This document shows, piece by piece, positions 50,507 through 64,000 of a stretch of 64,000 nucleotides of DNA (position 1 is its first letter; each line of letters opens with the position of its first letter). Source of the stretch: Pecten maximus (Eukaryota); NCBI RefSeq assembly GCF_902652985.1, contig NC_047033.1:8308001-8372000 (forward strand), read 5' to 3'. Position numbers and translations under genes: made by a program. Below the pieces are notes generated by a model that searched no databases, was not told the origin of the DNA, and worked only from the letters and a program-made list of their open reading frames with translations.

Positions 50507-53500
50507 TCGCTAAAACGAAAGTGGATCCAGTCTATACGTGATTCGACGTGGCATGATTAATGACCACCTTTAGTTTGTAGTATACAGTTCCTATCCGTGC
50601 TACATTGTTATCACACTGTTTCTGATGGCACATTAAAAATACATTAGTTTGCTCTACAGCTAGTTTTGGTAACAATTAGATCACTCTTAGAGAACTGTCG
50701 TTGTTCGAGAAAATAAACCGGTTTGTAATCAATAGGAACACATGCTCAAATGTTTTGATGTAGCATATTTGTTATCGGATAGTAACAGAAACATAAAAGC
50801 AGATATTTCAATACAAGCTTATTTTGATTACATAAAATGACCTAATTTATTTTTGATACATATACACATATAGTTGTACTTGTGTACACTGTATATCACA
50901 AAAATTGCTACATATATTGCTGTATATACAAAATGTATGTATAAATTCATGTAAAACCAAATAAACTGTCTATACTTTTTCATATTATTCTTATATAAAC
51001 GACACTACATAGATAAACACAAATGCAATGATATTATTGTAACTGTTTCACACAAAAAAATACACACCAAACCTGAAAATTACAAGAAGGCGCGTAATAT
51101 ATGTACATGTGTGGCTAACCCGCGTAGACTTATTCTAGGTGTTTCTTGACATAGACGGCCCGGTTACCTGCTCACGAGCGTTACCATTCAGACCAAATGT
51201 TTGCGATGAATTTCTCAAATTTTCATACATTTTTTTTGCCATTGTACTGATTATCTAGTATTTTATTAATTGATATCAACTTGTTGGCATAAATATAATA
51301 AGTACAATGTATATACCATACTCTTCTATCGTTCCTCTATTATATTTGATGAAACTGAACGTTTTTTTGTTTTTTTTGGTTTTTTTTTCATAGTTGTATC
51401 AAAGTTTATTTCTAGCGTACTATCGGAGTTCTGGTGTCACGTTCCAACTTACGCGGAGTTTTGTTCTATCACACAGGGTCACCATCGTTGCACTGGTAGC
51501 CCCAGCTAGGTTTGAGTATTGTGGTGTATTCCAGTAATTTACATACATATAATATGTATGCACATGTAGCTAGGTTAGAAATGGATCACGTCCATCTTGT
51601 GTTTCCAGTCAGTATCGTTTGACAATGACAATGGCAATTTTGTCTATTCTCGTAAACAGTGCAGTGCAGAGAATATGAACATTAACAAACGGATAACAAT
51701 GATGCATGCATGGTAAAACAGGATGGACATCAGTATTGTGAATTGATTATCTCATTTGTATCAATAATGGATTTAGCCAATGAAATAAGTTAATTTTGAG
51801 TTACATTTACAATGTACACATATGTACGTAATTGAATAGTGTATGAAATTTAAATGTATTAGGACTATCATAATAATATCTAGACATATATTTCCCTCTG
51901 CTATTGAGTATAAGTTATTGATTACAATTAAATAATAAATAAAGAAATTGGTCGCCTATTTCTCTTAAATTACATAAAGTGCATATTCGATTTGTAGTGT
52001 CTTCTTGGGCACCCCATGTGGTAAATCGAGGTTGAGGATTCGAACTCGAACTCCTTTGTGAATTGCTGCAATTCTTATAGCTACGAGTAAATTACTTATG
52101 ACATTTAGAATGCAAAATCAACAGTTGTTTCCCTTGACATTGGTCAGTGGTACACTCATGTTGATATTGGCTTAAATTATTTTGAGTTAGATCAACTGTG
52201 AAGTTCAGTGAAAATTGCATACCAGTAACCCGATGGTTTCTGATGTTTTATCGATCTTTTAACAATATCATATATATACAAAATAAATGTATATATATAT
52301 ATATATATCAATGTTAAAGGGACAATGAAACATCAGCAGGCTTCCGATTAGGATACCAGGTGAGTGATGCGGCTTATTTGGGTTTTCTTTTCATTGATTT
52401 AATCTAAATTACGAAACAACTTCAACTTATGGTAATCACAATTGTTAACCCGAATAGAAGCACGTTCGGTGTCTTACTGAGGAGTCCGGATCCCGTTTAT
52501 ATACATGTACATGCATATATAGATATATATATATATAAGTTGAGAAACCCCATCATGGTTTGGCAGGTAAAGACGGACGACCGACGGACGTCGTGCCACG
52601 GCATGAGTTTACGTTTAGCTAAAACCAACAAACAAAACAAAAACCGCTGATGAGTTTAAGTTGTGAATGATTCAAAGATGGTCCTTGCTGAAATTTTATC
52701 TCCTATACATGTTCAAGATCTTTGACATGGTACAGTAACAATATCCAGGACAAAGGTCAGAGTACTACCACTCAAGGGATTGTCGTGAATGTATTATATA
52801 AGAGATTTTGTAGCTTAAGATGAAGATCAAGGTCAACACTACCTTGATAACCAACACATAAATGATTCTGGTGGTCACTGATTTAGGCTTAAAAGTCAAA
52901 GATCACGTTTTCACCTTCTGAATGAGACATAATTTTACTGCCCGGTTCCGAACCAATCACTGTCTTACCTTGAGAACCTCTATACATTTGCACCATTGTA
53001 TCACGTAATACAAAGTTCTGGACAAAGGGGCGTATGAGCGGGGATGCTCGTGTCTTACAGACATTTTCTAGTTCATGTTATAGATGAAAACGCTTAATTA
53101 CAGTCCGGCTCTTAGGAATTCACACAAAAACACCATGTGCCCGCGTCTAATTTTCTATTCAAGGGGTCAATCACCACGATTTATCACCCTAAATCCTTAT
53201 CACGGATCATGAAAACGGCGTCATCGTGATCCCCGGTGGTAATGTGTTCACCAAAATCCGCGGTGATCGTTTCTCCGCGAAACATCAAAGCAATTTGTCC
53301 GCCGCGAATCTTGATCATTCAGCACTCGGTTTTACCTGTGGTGGCGTGGCTCTCAGTTGACCATTATCGACCCTTATCGTTGTATCAATTGACCAAACGA
53401 AACGAAGGGAAGTAACTCCCTAATGACGATATCGAATGCTGTATAAGCAGACGCTGTGGAAAAGTGTAATGAATGAATGATATATAAATGAGGTGTAATG

Positions 53501-54429
53501 TACATATTTAGATGTAATATAATGTCCGATTTACCAGTGAATGATAAACCACGACAATATTTATATGTACTCAAGATTAGGACTTATAACATACCACATA
53601 CTTATTTATCTCAAATTCATACCTTAGCGTAATTTATCAACAGTATGACAATGTACACGGGTATAAGATTACAACATAAATAAGATTAAATAATAATAAA
53701 AAAAAAAGAATTTTAAAAATAAAACAATTTGATAATACGTTAACAAATGATAATTACATGTTTAATTGTTCATTCGTTAATGTGTATTCCATGTGGTATT
53801 ATACATATTAAAACGCTCATGATGACGTTATTGAGAAATGTGTACTGAGTAGATGTAATGGTAAAAAACATGCACAGAAAAAACTGTTTTGTGAATTGAA
53901 ATAACATTGTCATAAGTATGAGAAATGGCAACAACCGACTTCAACTTTAAGGTTAGACACATGACTGCGTACGAAGAATAAATCACGCCCCTACATCTGA
54001 CTGACACAATGGTTAGCAATGTACTCATGCATGGATGGTAAGCCACGCCTCTTTACCTGACTGCCACGATGATAGTTAATGTACTCGTGCATGAAAGTTA
54101 GGCCACGACCCTTCGCCCAACTGACATAATCGAAGTACTCAGATTACGAGTGGCAAAACTGATTATCACGACGCTAGTTCGAATCCTACGAAGGCCGCTT
54201 TTTTTATTTAAATTTTTAAAATAAATGCCATATGATAGATGTTCTTGATTGTAGTACTGTAGTGCATGTAAAGAAATGTATACTTTATCAACAAAATAAT
54301 GCAATACTCAAGAAATAATTTACAAGGTTTTCCCGTTTTTGTTTTGTTTTTTGTTTTGCCGTTTTTTCTATTAGAAAGAGGTCGATCTCAGAACTAAACA
54401 GTACATGGTAGAATAGAAATGATCAACTT

Positions 54430-54570
54430 TGACTCGTGTATTGTTGCAGGATATACAACTCGGATATTTTGCAATTTTGATTATTAACTCGGGCCTGCGG
54501 CCTTCGTTATTAATTTAATTGCAAAATATCCTCGTCCTCGTTGTATATCCTGCAACAATACACGAATCAT
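54430..54570. repeat. Long imperfect fold-back hairpin
   Basis: TCGTGTATTGTTGCAGGATATACAAC ... GTTGTATATCCTGCAACAATACACGA, with centre GGCC-TGC-GGCC. Confidence 0.85.
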
Positions 54571-55580
54571 CGTTAATTATTTCTTAGTAACACGTTGGTA
54601 TAAAATGAAACTCGCCTTCAAGTTGATATAGTTACATTACATGTATGCGTTTTCTGTTATTCCTTTCAGCATTAAAGTACGAACCAATATTACGCTATGA
54701 TGTGGCATTGTAGTTCTTACTGGCTCAAAATTTTAACTATTTTTATACATGTATTTTTTAGAAAAACGGGCGTCTCTAATGATGGAGGGGGTCTCTGTCT
54801 GCTAAGTGTTAAAATGTACTCTTTTTGCCAACCATGTCGGTTTCCCAGTTTAATGTCACAGTGCAGCGTCCGCCTATGTGCAACTTTTTTGTGTGCCTTT
54901 GTATTTGTGCACCGAGTCGTCACCGAGTACGCGGTCATGGGTGTGTATATCAAACATTGCATCACGATGTATAATTTCTATTATCCATTTAGATACAATA
55001 TCTTAATTTGCTTATTATTGTTACTTGAATTGGGATATAAATACTTTTATTAGACAAAAAAGTACGTGTTGTATAAAAAATGTAAGTTTATTTGTATCAT
55101 CTGTGCTTATATTTCAGAATGTACATTCTCGTGGTATCTAAGTCCACGATAGTCAATATCTCATTTGTATTCTGTAGCTTCATTTGTGTCGTAAAAATTA
55201 TTTGTATTTTATACCTGACTTACATGACTTTTGTATCCTGTTTGCTTTGATATTTTTTTTTTAAATATGATTTACAGCCCAGTCACTGTGACCTTCTGCT
55301 ACGGCATCACTTATGTTATGTTAACGCCTACATGCCTACTAAATAGCTGAAGATATGTCGGGACTAAATGCTGGTGTGGCGAAGTTTTAGACGCTGACTG
55401 AGATGAAATCCTGCATCCCGACAACAGCTCTTTTCAGAGCCAAATATTTTTCTGTAAAAGTACCACGAATCCCAAATTAACACAAAAAATACGTGTACCG
55501 TTGTTATTAATCTATCTTCTTACACGTAGCGGTACATGCTATATCAAACCTAATCAAAACGAAATTAACAAATACTAGTA

Positions 55581-55855
55581 CAGTGCAACTTCAGAAAACC
55601 GAACCTTCTAAAAACTGAACACCTCTGAATACCGAACAAATTGTCATTGTACGGAATTGTTCCTTCTTTATCATAGTATTAAAACACTTCCAAATACCGA
55701 TCCCTCTGAATTCCGAACACAGGACCGATATTATGTCCGGTTCCTGTTAAAATATACCAAAAATTACTTCTGAAAACCGGCCTTACCTGAGCGATTATGA
55801 CACGAGCTCATGCCAGTCAATCTTGAAACAACACCTGTGACGGGTAAACAGTAGC
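55581..55855 (+). mobile_element. Left part of a Tc1/mariner-type MITE abutting the LINE
   Basis: TA|CAGTGCAAC terminus followed by repeated ACCGAAC subterminal motifs. Confidence 0.45.
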
Positions 55856-55858
55856 TAT

Positions 55859-58440
55859 GTGAAATGGAAGGAAGAACTGAAAAATGATTTTACTAATTTC
55901 ATAGCAACTGATGAAGGTAACCAATTTGCCGAGCTAGAAGAATATGTAAAAACCCTTAAAACTAAACAACCAGATTTGGTAACAGGTGCAGAAATTGATA
56001 ATGTTTCTAAAAGTATTAGTGCTTTATTCACTACCGCTGCTAACATGTCATTTGGACGTAAACCTGTACACAAAGTCAGAAGAAATGATAATAATAAACC
56101 ATGGTTTACGGCTAATTGTAGAAAACTTCGTAAAGAATTTCATACTGCCAAACAAAATTATAGCAGAATAAAAAAATTTGCGAATAAAAACGAACTAAAA
56201 AGGGGAGTCGTATTTATAGAAAAGCAGTAAATAAAGAATATAAAAAGTATACATTTAATATGGAGAATAAATTAAGAGACTCTGTAAAAAACAATCCAAA
56301 GTTTTTATGGGATATGCTAAATAAGGTCTCAGGCCAATCAAAAACGTGTCAAAGTAAAATACCGATAAATGAACTTTACGATTATTTCAAAAAATTGAAC
56401 TCGGCCAATTATGAAGATGATAATATTGATATTACTTTCTTAGATGATGAGGATGATTTCACTGAAGACCTTAATTCAGAAATTACTGCAGCGGAAATAA
56501 TAAACGCTATAGAAAATCTTAAAAATAATAAAGCTAGTGGAATTGACGAAATACGAAATGAATACATAAAAAGTACTATAGACATATGTTTGCCTCTATA
56601 TACAGACCTATTTAATATAATTCTTAATACTGGAAGAGTGCCTCAGGAATGGACTGTAGGTATAATTAAACCAATATATAAGAAAAAAGGAGACCCTAGG
56701 GACCCAGATAATTATCGAGCGATAACACTTGTATCTTGTTTGGGAAAGGTATTTACCTCTATAATTAATGATAGATTAACCAAATTGGCCGATAAAATCA
56801 ATCTAGTGTCATCCGCCCAAGCCGGATTCCGAAAGGGATATTCTACCACCGAAAATATTTTCATATTACATTCATTAATTTCTTTACATTTCTCGAAGGG
56901 TAAAAAACTATATTGCTCCTTCATTGACTTTAAAAAGGCGTTCGACACTGTGTGGAGAGCGGGGTTATGGAGAAAACTTCAGAATAGTAGAATAACGGGG
57001 AAAATGTTCAAGGTCATTTATAATCTTTATCAAAATACAAAATCTTGTGTAATTAACGGTAATGACAAGTCTGATTACTTCATGTGTGATGTCGGGGTAA
57101 AACAAGGGGAAAATTTGTCACCATTTTTGTTTTCCTTGTTTCTTAATGATTTAGAAACTTTTCTTGACCAACATAATGTTCCGTTTTTGAATGATGTATA
57201 TACACTAAGTGAACAAAACCTGGATTTGTATGTAAAACTGTTTGTTATATTATATGCTGATGATACTGTTCTTATGGCTGAAACACCAGATGGGTTACAG
57301 AATGCATTAAACGAATTTCAAAACTATTGTGATGAATGGAAACTTTCGGTTAACACGCAAAAAACAAAAGTAATAATATTTGAAAAAAGAAAAAGTCGAA
57401 GAAACGTCAACTTTTTATTCAATAATGAGAGTTTAGATATACAAGACTCCTATACATATCTTGGATTAATGTTAAATTATAATGGTGTTTTCACAAAAGC
57501 CAGAAGTAAATTATCGGAACAAGCAAAGAAAGCCATGTACGCATTGTATACAAAAATTAGAAATATTTCATTACCGATAGATCTGCAGTTAAAACTATTT
57601 GATGCACTTGTTATGCCAATTTTGTTATATGCATGTGAAATCTGGGGCTACGAAAATACTAAGATTATTGAAAAAATACACTTACAGTTTTGTAAAAGGA
57701 TTTTAAATGTTCGCACAAGTACGCCAAATTATATGGTATATGGTGAATTGGGTAGGTACCCTTTAGAAATTGAAATAAAAACAAGAATGATTATGTTTTG
57801 GCATAAACTCATAACAGGCGAAATGAAATTATCTACTACAATGTATAAATTAATGTACAAGTTACATCAGGATTCAGTATTTAGTTCTAGATGGTTATTA
57901 TATATACGAGACATATTGAACAATACTGGTTTTAATGATATATGGTTACTTCAACATTCTTGTACAAGTAATAGAGAATATCTTAAAATAATCATTAAAC
58001 AAAGACTTCAAGATCAATTTGTTCAAAAATGGTTTAATGAAATTGATAGCTCCTCGCGAGGACAAGTATATTCTTTGTATAAATCTCAGTTTAATTTTGA
58101 ACCATACCTATTGAAATTGAATCATAACGACCGAAGATATTTGTGTAAATTTAGAACTTCTAATTTAAAATTTCCTATAGAGACAGGGAGATGGAATAAC
58201 GTTCCTCGCGAGGAAAGGTTATGTCCTCTCTGTACAAACTGTGTTGGTGATGAGTACCACTATCTATATGTCTGTAAAAATGATTCTGTTGTAGCACTAC
58301 GAGCAATTTATATACCAAAATATTATTATATTAATCCTAATTGTGACAAAATGAAAGGAATGTTCTCTATATGTAATTCAGGTTTGTTAAGTAAAGTAAG
58401 TCGTTTTATCCAAAGAGTAATTAAGCTTTTAAGTATGTAA
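55859..58440 (+). mobile_element. 5'-truncated non-LTR retrotransposon (RTE-X-like) ORF2 with reverse transcriptase
   Basis: NYRAITL, QAGFRKG, FIDFKKAFD, GVKQGENLSPFLF, LYADD, YTYLG and C-terminal IETGRW...CPLC...DEYH...C. One frameshift near 56200-56206 joins ORF 55859-56230 to 56260-58440. No endonuclease domain is present. Confidence 0.92.
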
Positions 58441-58994
58441 AGAACATTAGAATAATTCATGATTTGTATGATTTATCTTGATTTGTCTATTGATTACTTT
58501 GTCCATCCAATAGTTCTCTTTTTCCCCTTTATGACCTCTTGTTACATATGTATATATGTCATGAGTGAACCAATAAAATCTTGTAAATCTTGTAAATCTT
58601 GGTATTGTGTGAAGCCTAATTGTCTCGGGACCTACGTATACGTGTAGGTGATTTGTACAGGTATCCAATATATACCCCATATATAGATTACGTATCGTAT
58701 TAATCTAAGTTTGCATTGAATTATTTTGAAAAAAATGTCAGTGAAATGATTATTATTTTATTAAATGTATGTCGGTACAGTAATGAAGTTTGATAGAGCT
58801 GATTGTGGTTGCAAAGGAACTTGACTCAATGGTATCGTTCTGTAAAGCAGGGACGTACCATCATACATTAAACGCAAGTCACACGTTTGATTTCTGGTTT
58901 GGTATAATTTAACAAATCTGTGTAAATTTGCGTTATTTCATTGATGCTATAGGTGTAAATTTGTCTTCAAATTAAAGTCGATATACAAAGATAC

Positions 58995-59570
58995 AAAATT
59001 ACCAAAACGGTCCAGGGTACTCCTTTTTTTCTAGTGAAGTGAAATTTAATTTGTTGAATGTTATATTTTCTTTGACATTTCATACATTGTTGTTCTTAAT
59101 TTCAAATCGGTCTGGCGTTTAAAAAATACTTTATTTATATCAGAAAACAGACACTTTCACGTGATGAGGAAGACACAAATTAACATGTTATTCAAGCTGT
59201 GGGTCAAGATTACCAAAACGGTCCAGGAGACGCCTTTTTTCTAGTGAAGTAAAATTTAATCTGTTCAATATCTTATTTTCTTTGACATTTCATACATTGT
59301 TGTTCTTAATTTCAAATCGGTCTGACTTTTAGAAAAGACTTTATTTTATATCGGAAAACGGACACTTTCACGTGATGAGGAAGACACAAATTAACACGTT
59401 ACTCAAAATGACCAAAACGGTCCTAAATACTGTTTTTTTCTAGGGTAGTGAATTCGAAGTTGTATCTGTTGAATGATATATATTTCCTTGAGATTTCATA
59501 AAAGGATGTTCTTAATTTCAAACTGATTATTATAAATACACCATTTTATATATCAGAAAATGGACACTTT
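58995..59570. repeat. About 200-bp tandem triplication
   Basis: Units begin ACCAAAACGGTCC at about 59001, 59212 and 59411. Confidence 0.85.
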
Positions 59571-60250
59571 TAACACAATACTTATTAATTTACCATAAAA
59601 TGACTCATTGTGAATGTGAAAAATGTGCCTGCTTGTTGCGTCCTGTGCCACCCGGTATGTACGTTAATTGAGCAACTCCAGCTAGATGTCACCATATTAC
59701 ACCCCAACCCCCTCCGGCCATGGACGGTTTTACCGACAGCTTATACATGTATCTCCAATGCCGGTACAGGTAGGACTGTGATCTAAAGTTCTCTGGCTGC
59801 AGTTCAAAGGAACCTTGAAACTTACATGTGATAAAAATCACAACTTACCTGGCTGTGATCGGGTGACATGTTGACAAAACGGCGATGAGAACACAAGCAA
59901 ATTCACACATGTTCCTAATAATCTGATATTTGTATAATTGTCTGTAGCCAATTTCAGGTATCAAACGCTATTTTTATCAGCGGTATTATCAAGCAGGGAC
60001 ATACATATCGTATATGTCCCTTTATCAAGTAATCATTAAGGAACATAAAATGTCAAACTTTTCAGGAAAATCAAAACCGGGAATAATATGCATAGAAAAA
60101 AATATTAGGAGAAAGATCCTACGGTCGGTTAATTTATGTACATGTTTGTGATATTTAAATAAGACACACTAAAAAATCCTTGCACATGTTTCACTTTGTA
60201 TCATTAAGTGACAGTTTCTTTAAATATCGTTATTCAATAAAACCAAAGAC

Positions 60251-60940
60251 GAGTTAAAGTTCTTTATTACTTTAAGCCTTTCGGCTCAATCGTAGACATG
60301 TGAATATTCATATTATAACAACATTATTTATCACTTTCGCCTCATAACCACACCGACAAATGGATGTGATATCTAGCATGTACTGTACAGAATGACAATG
60401 GCATTATTATAGTAAATTGAAATACTTATACATTAACAATTTCTGGCATATTTGTAAAATTCTCAGATTGTAAATACCAAGTATCTTCATCCAATACACA
60501 CACATGTATGAATATGTGTGCCAGTTCACTCATATATACATATACAACACGTGTATACATATATACCCTCATACATATTGACATGTGATTATATACATGT
60601 ATATAACAATTAATTTACTATTTACATCATAAACAATATCTTATCATAGATTTGTACTGGAATCGCACATAGAGACAATTCAACTACTAATAAAAGTAAT
60701 ACAACATATGTATGAGAAACATTATATCACTATACATAATTATTGGTTATTAGGCCATTCTAATTTTCTGTTCCTTGCAAACTTAAGATATTTAGCAAGA
60801 TTTGAGATATCATTTCTATTACTTCTTGTTAACAGCTCTATAAATTTGAACATGCTAGGTTTTCATATATTATGAGGTGTAATGCATTTCTTTCGTAATG
60901 AATCAAAATAAGGACAATTTAAGATGAAATGGAATTGAAT
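60251..60940 (-). mobile_element. 3' fragment of a second RTE-X-like LINE
   Basis: Minus strand encodes QFHFILNCPYFDSLRKK...KPSMFKFIELL, homologous to the C-terminus of the 56260-58440 ORF. It ends in a small hairpin AGCCGAAAGGCT and AATAAA. Confidence 0.65.
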
Positions 60941-62506
60941 GGAGTGAAAGTGGTCTTCATAGCGGGGTTGTCTTAATTACGTGGTGGTCGTAATACCGAG
61001 TTTCACCACATCAACATTTGAACACCAAGAACCTTAACTCTGCATATGTACCACTTGTGATATATACTACAGTTTTATATATGACTAAAAACAAACACAT
61101 TTTATGTTAAATATTTCATTAGAAAAATAATTCAGATAATGCAATGCATGTATATTTGCAACTTTCAAAATACATGTCAAATACAATTTATATAATTTAT
61201 ATATTCATAAATATATAGGAACTCTAGCAATATAGTCTTTGGAAAAAACATTTGATTGCGTCCCATGGATTATAAAATAGAGAAATGTTTTCACAGCTAA
61301 ATATTTAAATCACACGCTTCAGAAAAAAAATACGTTGAAATTTTTATTATCACATGAAAAAATCAGGCAAATATGTGTTTTTTATCTACTAAAAACCACC
61401 GTGCTGTCTTCATAAATATGTTAAATAAATTTCTTAACGTTTATGATAAAAGATACCAAAGGAACTGTTGTTGGAATACCATGAACTGACTTTCGTATAC
61501 GTGAAGTATCACTATCGAAATGGAGATCATTTAAAAATCGTATGCTTTTCACATGCATCTTATTCCCGTATTCAACAAGACAAACACCGTCGCATGAATT
61601 AAATAACTTCCACAATTCCGATGATCGGTGGTAAAATTATGGATTGATATATTTAACTCGTCATGGTCATAAACGTGATAAAACTAACTTTCTGATAGCA
61701 AAACTTAAAAAACATAAGTATCATTTATTTGCAAATATGTTTATCTGTAAAAGATTGATACATAGTAATAATAAGACATTTCGTAATTGTCTTGTAAATC
61801 TTACCTGTGCATGGAGGATGACTTGTCAATCATTCTTATCAACCAATGAAATACGTGCAAAGCCTTTCCACGGCGTTTGATTGACAGCAACAATGCTCAC
61901 TGAGGTGTGACGAACTTCAGTGTCATCTGCCTTGTATAAGGTGACTTGTCAATCATTCTCTCCAACCAATGAAATTCATGCACATGTACGGCCAGGTACC
62001 CATTTCTATAGCGTTGGATTGACAGACAGCCAAATGGATAATATCCAACAATGACGGCTATCATGTCGATTCACCACATAATGAAAACGTGTTGTATTCA
62101 ATAAGACGCTACGTAATAAAAGGTACAAGTATTATGATTTAATAAGAATCATTGAAATCACATTTTAATAGAAACAGAAACCATAAAATTACTCAATGAC
62201 ATGATATAATGTGAAGATATAAATCAGCCGGTACATTTAAGGCAGAGAACATCCATATATGGATGCCCTTAGATACGATATATTGCATGTTTTTGACTAT
62301 GCAACCAGTACAGTTACACATAATTAGTGTTGTTCCCATTTTTGATCAGTTTCATGTGTGGAATTAGCCAGAGTTTCTATTGGCCTCCTCTGGCTCACTA
62401 CGATATGAAAACGTGGAATTCCCCGACACCTGACATGTGGCATGTCACTAAGATTTTGGTCCTAATACAATAAAATCGTGAGTGACATAACACTTACATA
62501 TATATA

Positions 62507-62954
62507 CCCATTTAGTCCCATCTAGATGTTTTATTCAGTCCTTATAGACCCTCGCGTTACACTAGTCAACATTTCATACTGGACTCGACGCCATATTGCT
62601 AACTATGTAGGTCGCGGTCGGCCTAACTACCTAATCAGTACGCGATGGAGTGAAAAGAAAAAAAAATACACTTTTATTTCTATAGATTTTACCGCTTATA
62701 ATTAAGAAATAATGGATTTTTGAATTAAGTATAATAGGTTTTGGGAAATAATAAGCTTAGTTTTCTTGATTTAAACTACGTTAGAAGAAAAACACAATAA
62801 ATTATATGTGGTCTTTTCGGTCCATTGCGTTCCGATTCGGGTGGTTAGTCGTACTGTCACTTACAAAATGGCAGGTCAACAGCGTGAAATTTTGACTAGC
62901 GTAAAGCGAGGGTCTATACTGACGGAATAAAACACCTAGGTGGAACTAAATGAG
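62507..62954. mobile_element. MITE with about 90-bp TIRs and TA flanks
   Basis: CATTTAGTCCCATCTAGATGTTTTATTCAGTCCTTATAGACCCTCGC... matches the reverse complement of ...GCGAGGGTCTATACTGACGGAATAAAACACCTAGGTGGAACTAAATG. Confidence 0.8.
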
Positions 62955-63514
62955 TATTCTGGGGTAAATAAATATCTCATTTATCCATATTGGTAAGATA
63001 CGTGTTATTTCACACCGGTTTTTATTGTATTTACACCTTACATCTTAGCGACACCAAACGGTGTCGGAAAATTCCATGTTTTCATATAGTAGTGCATTCT
63101 GGCCCTACACCAGACATGCAAATTATATCCTTACTTGGATGAAAGTTGTTCGAAATGTTCATTAATCCGTGATTCTTACATCTACTACACAAGAAATAAC
63201 TTCCATCAAATCTACTTTCTTTTACCTGTCAGCGACACACAGCGGAATCTTTACAGTTCTTCATATATCTAAATATACTCCACATTATCCATGTCCCCTC
63301 TAGACTACGACTGTAGTGACACGATCAAATAAAAAATCACATATTTTCAAGCTAAGTAAAACTTATGTTTAATTCTACGGCATTTTAAAAAGCTGGAAAC
63401 AATTAAAACCACTGGTAAATGTAAAGTTTCAATTACGTTATACCGTACGTCCCTGGTCACATCGATCATAGCGTTGATGGGTATCAGTTATATACATGTA
63501 GCTACTCTATATCG

Positions 63515-63742
63515 ATCCATATTACAGGTAAATTCTATCGCATGAGTAAGCACCGATGAGTCCTGCTGATCCTCTGTGATCCTCTGTGATCCTCATTGTC
63601 CCGATCGCGGAGGTTCACCGCGGCACGCTTGGTCACCGCGATCTATGATGATTTAACCCCGGTGATTGATCGGCATAATTGGTCTATCACCAGGGAACAC
63701 AGTGACCATTTCTCCATGTACACTCGTCACCTTAAAACGCGG
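63515..63742. repeat. Dispersed repeat; inverted copy of 49083-49290
   Basis: Reverse-complement similarity. Confidence 0.85.
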
Positions 63743-63747
63743 TTACG

Positions 63748-64000
63748 ATTCAGATTCAGATTCAGATATGTTTATTAAAGTGTCACGTATTGATACATAA
63801 AATATACATAAAATACAAGCATAATTTCATTAAAAACGTTAAAATGCATCAACACCCAGCCATATTTGGCTTATGAGACACTACTGCAGTAAAATCTTGA
63901 GTGTCAATTAATACTAAGACTTATTGATAAAAAGTTTTGTCTTCTTTGGTACATATCAAACAATAACCTGGCGACATCTTTTTGCAAATTATCTTCTTTC
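63748..64000 (-). mobile_element. Probable 3' end of a LINE
   Basis: Minus strand has AATAAA followed by a (TCTGAA)n tail. Confidence 0.45.

Noticed and set aside
49083-63742. Inverted ~200-bp repeats as TIRs of a 14.6-kb element capturing exon 1
   Set aside because: The copies are noticeably diverged, no TSD is seen, and the left copy lies in an intron of a gene that continues outside it. Independent insertions are more likely.

Overview
AT-rich, repeat-dense eukaryotic DNA from an animal, almost certainly a bivalve mollusc (gene content and SINE families suggest this; scallop-like). It has one assembly gap (11620-12090). Host genes: (1) an opine (octopine/tauropine-type) dehydrogenase with an intronless CDS on the minus strand and a 27-bp minisatellite just past its stop codon; (2) three co-oriented intronless Cys-loop nAChR-like subunit genes that lack nearly all canonical acetylcholine-binding residues and show an apparent gene-conversion tract; (3) a three-exon minus-strand gene (50360-43942), split across three ORFs in the track, that reconstructs to about 419 aa after correcting one 1-bp frameshift and weakly resembles a PD-(D/E)xK nuclease fold. 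The rest is mobile DNA: a solo LTR, a DD41D Tc1/mariner fossil, a Harbinger/ISL2EU-type fossil, RTE-X-like LINEs, tRNA-derived SINEs with TSDs, several MITEs, a complete TRIM whose LTRs contain a tRNA-like Pol III cassette, and long fold-back hairpins with systematically placed tandem G.A mismatches. All calls were made by eye from the sequence; no database searches were run.
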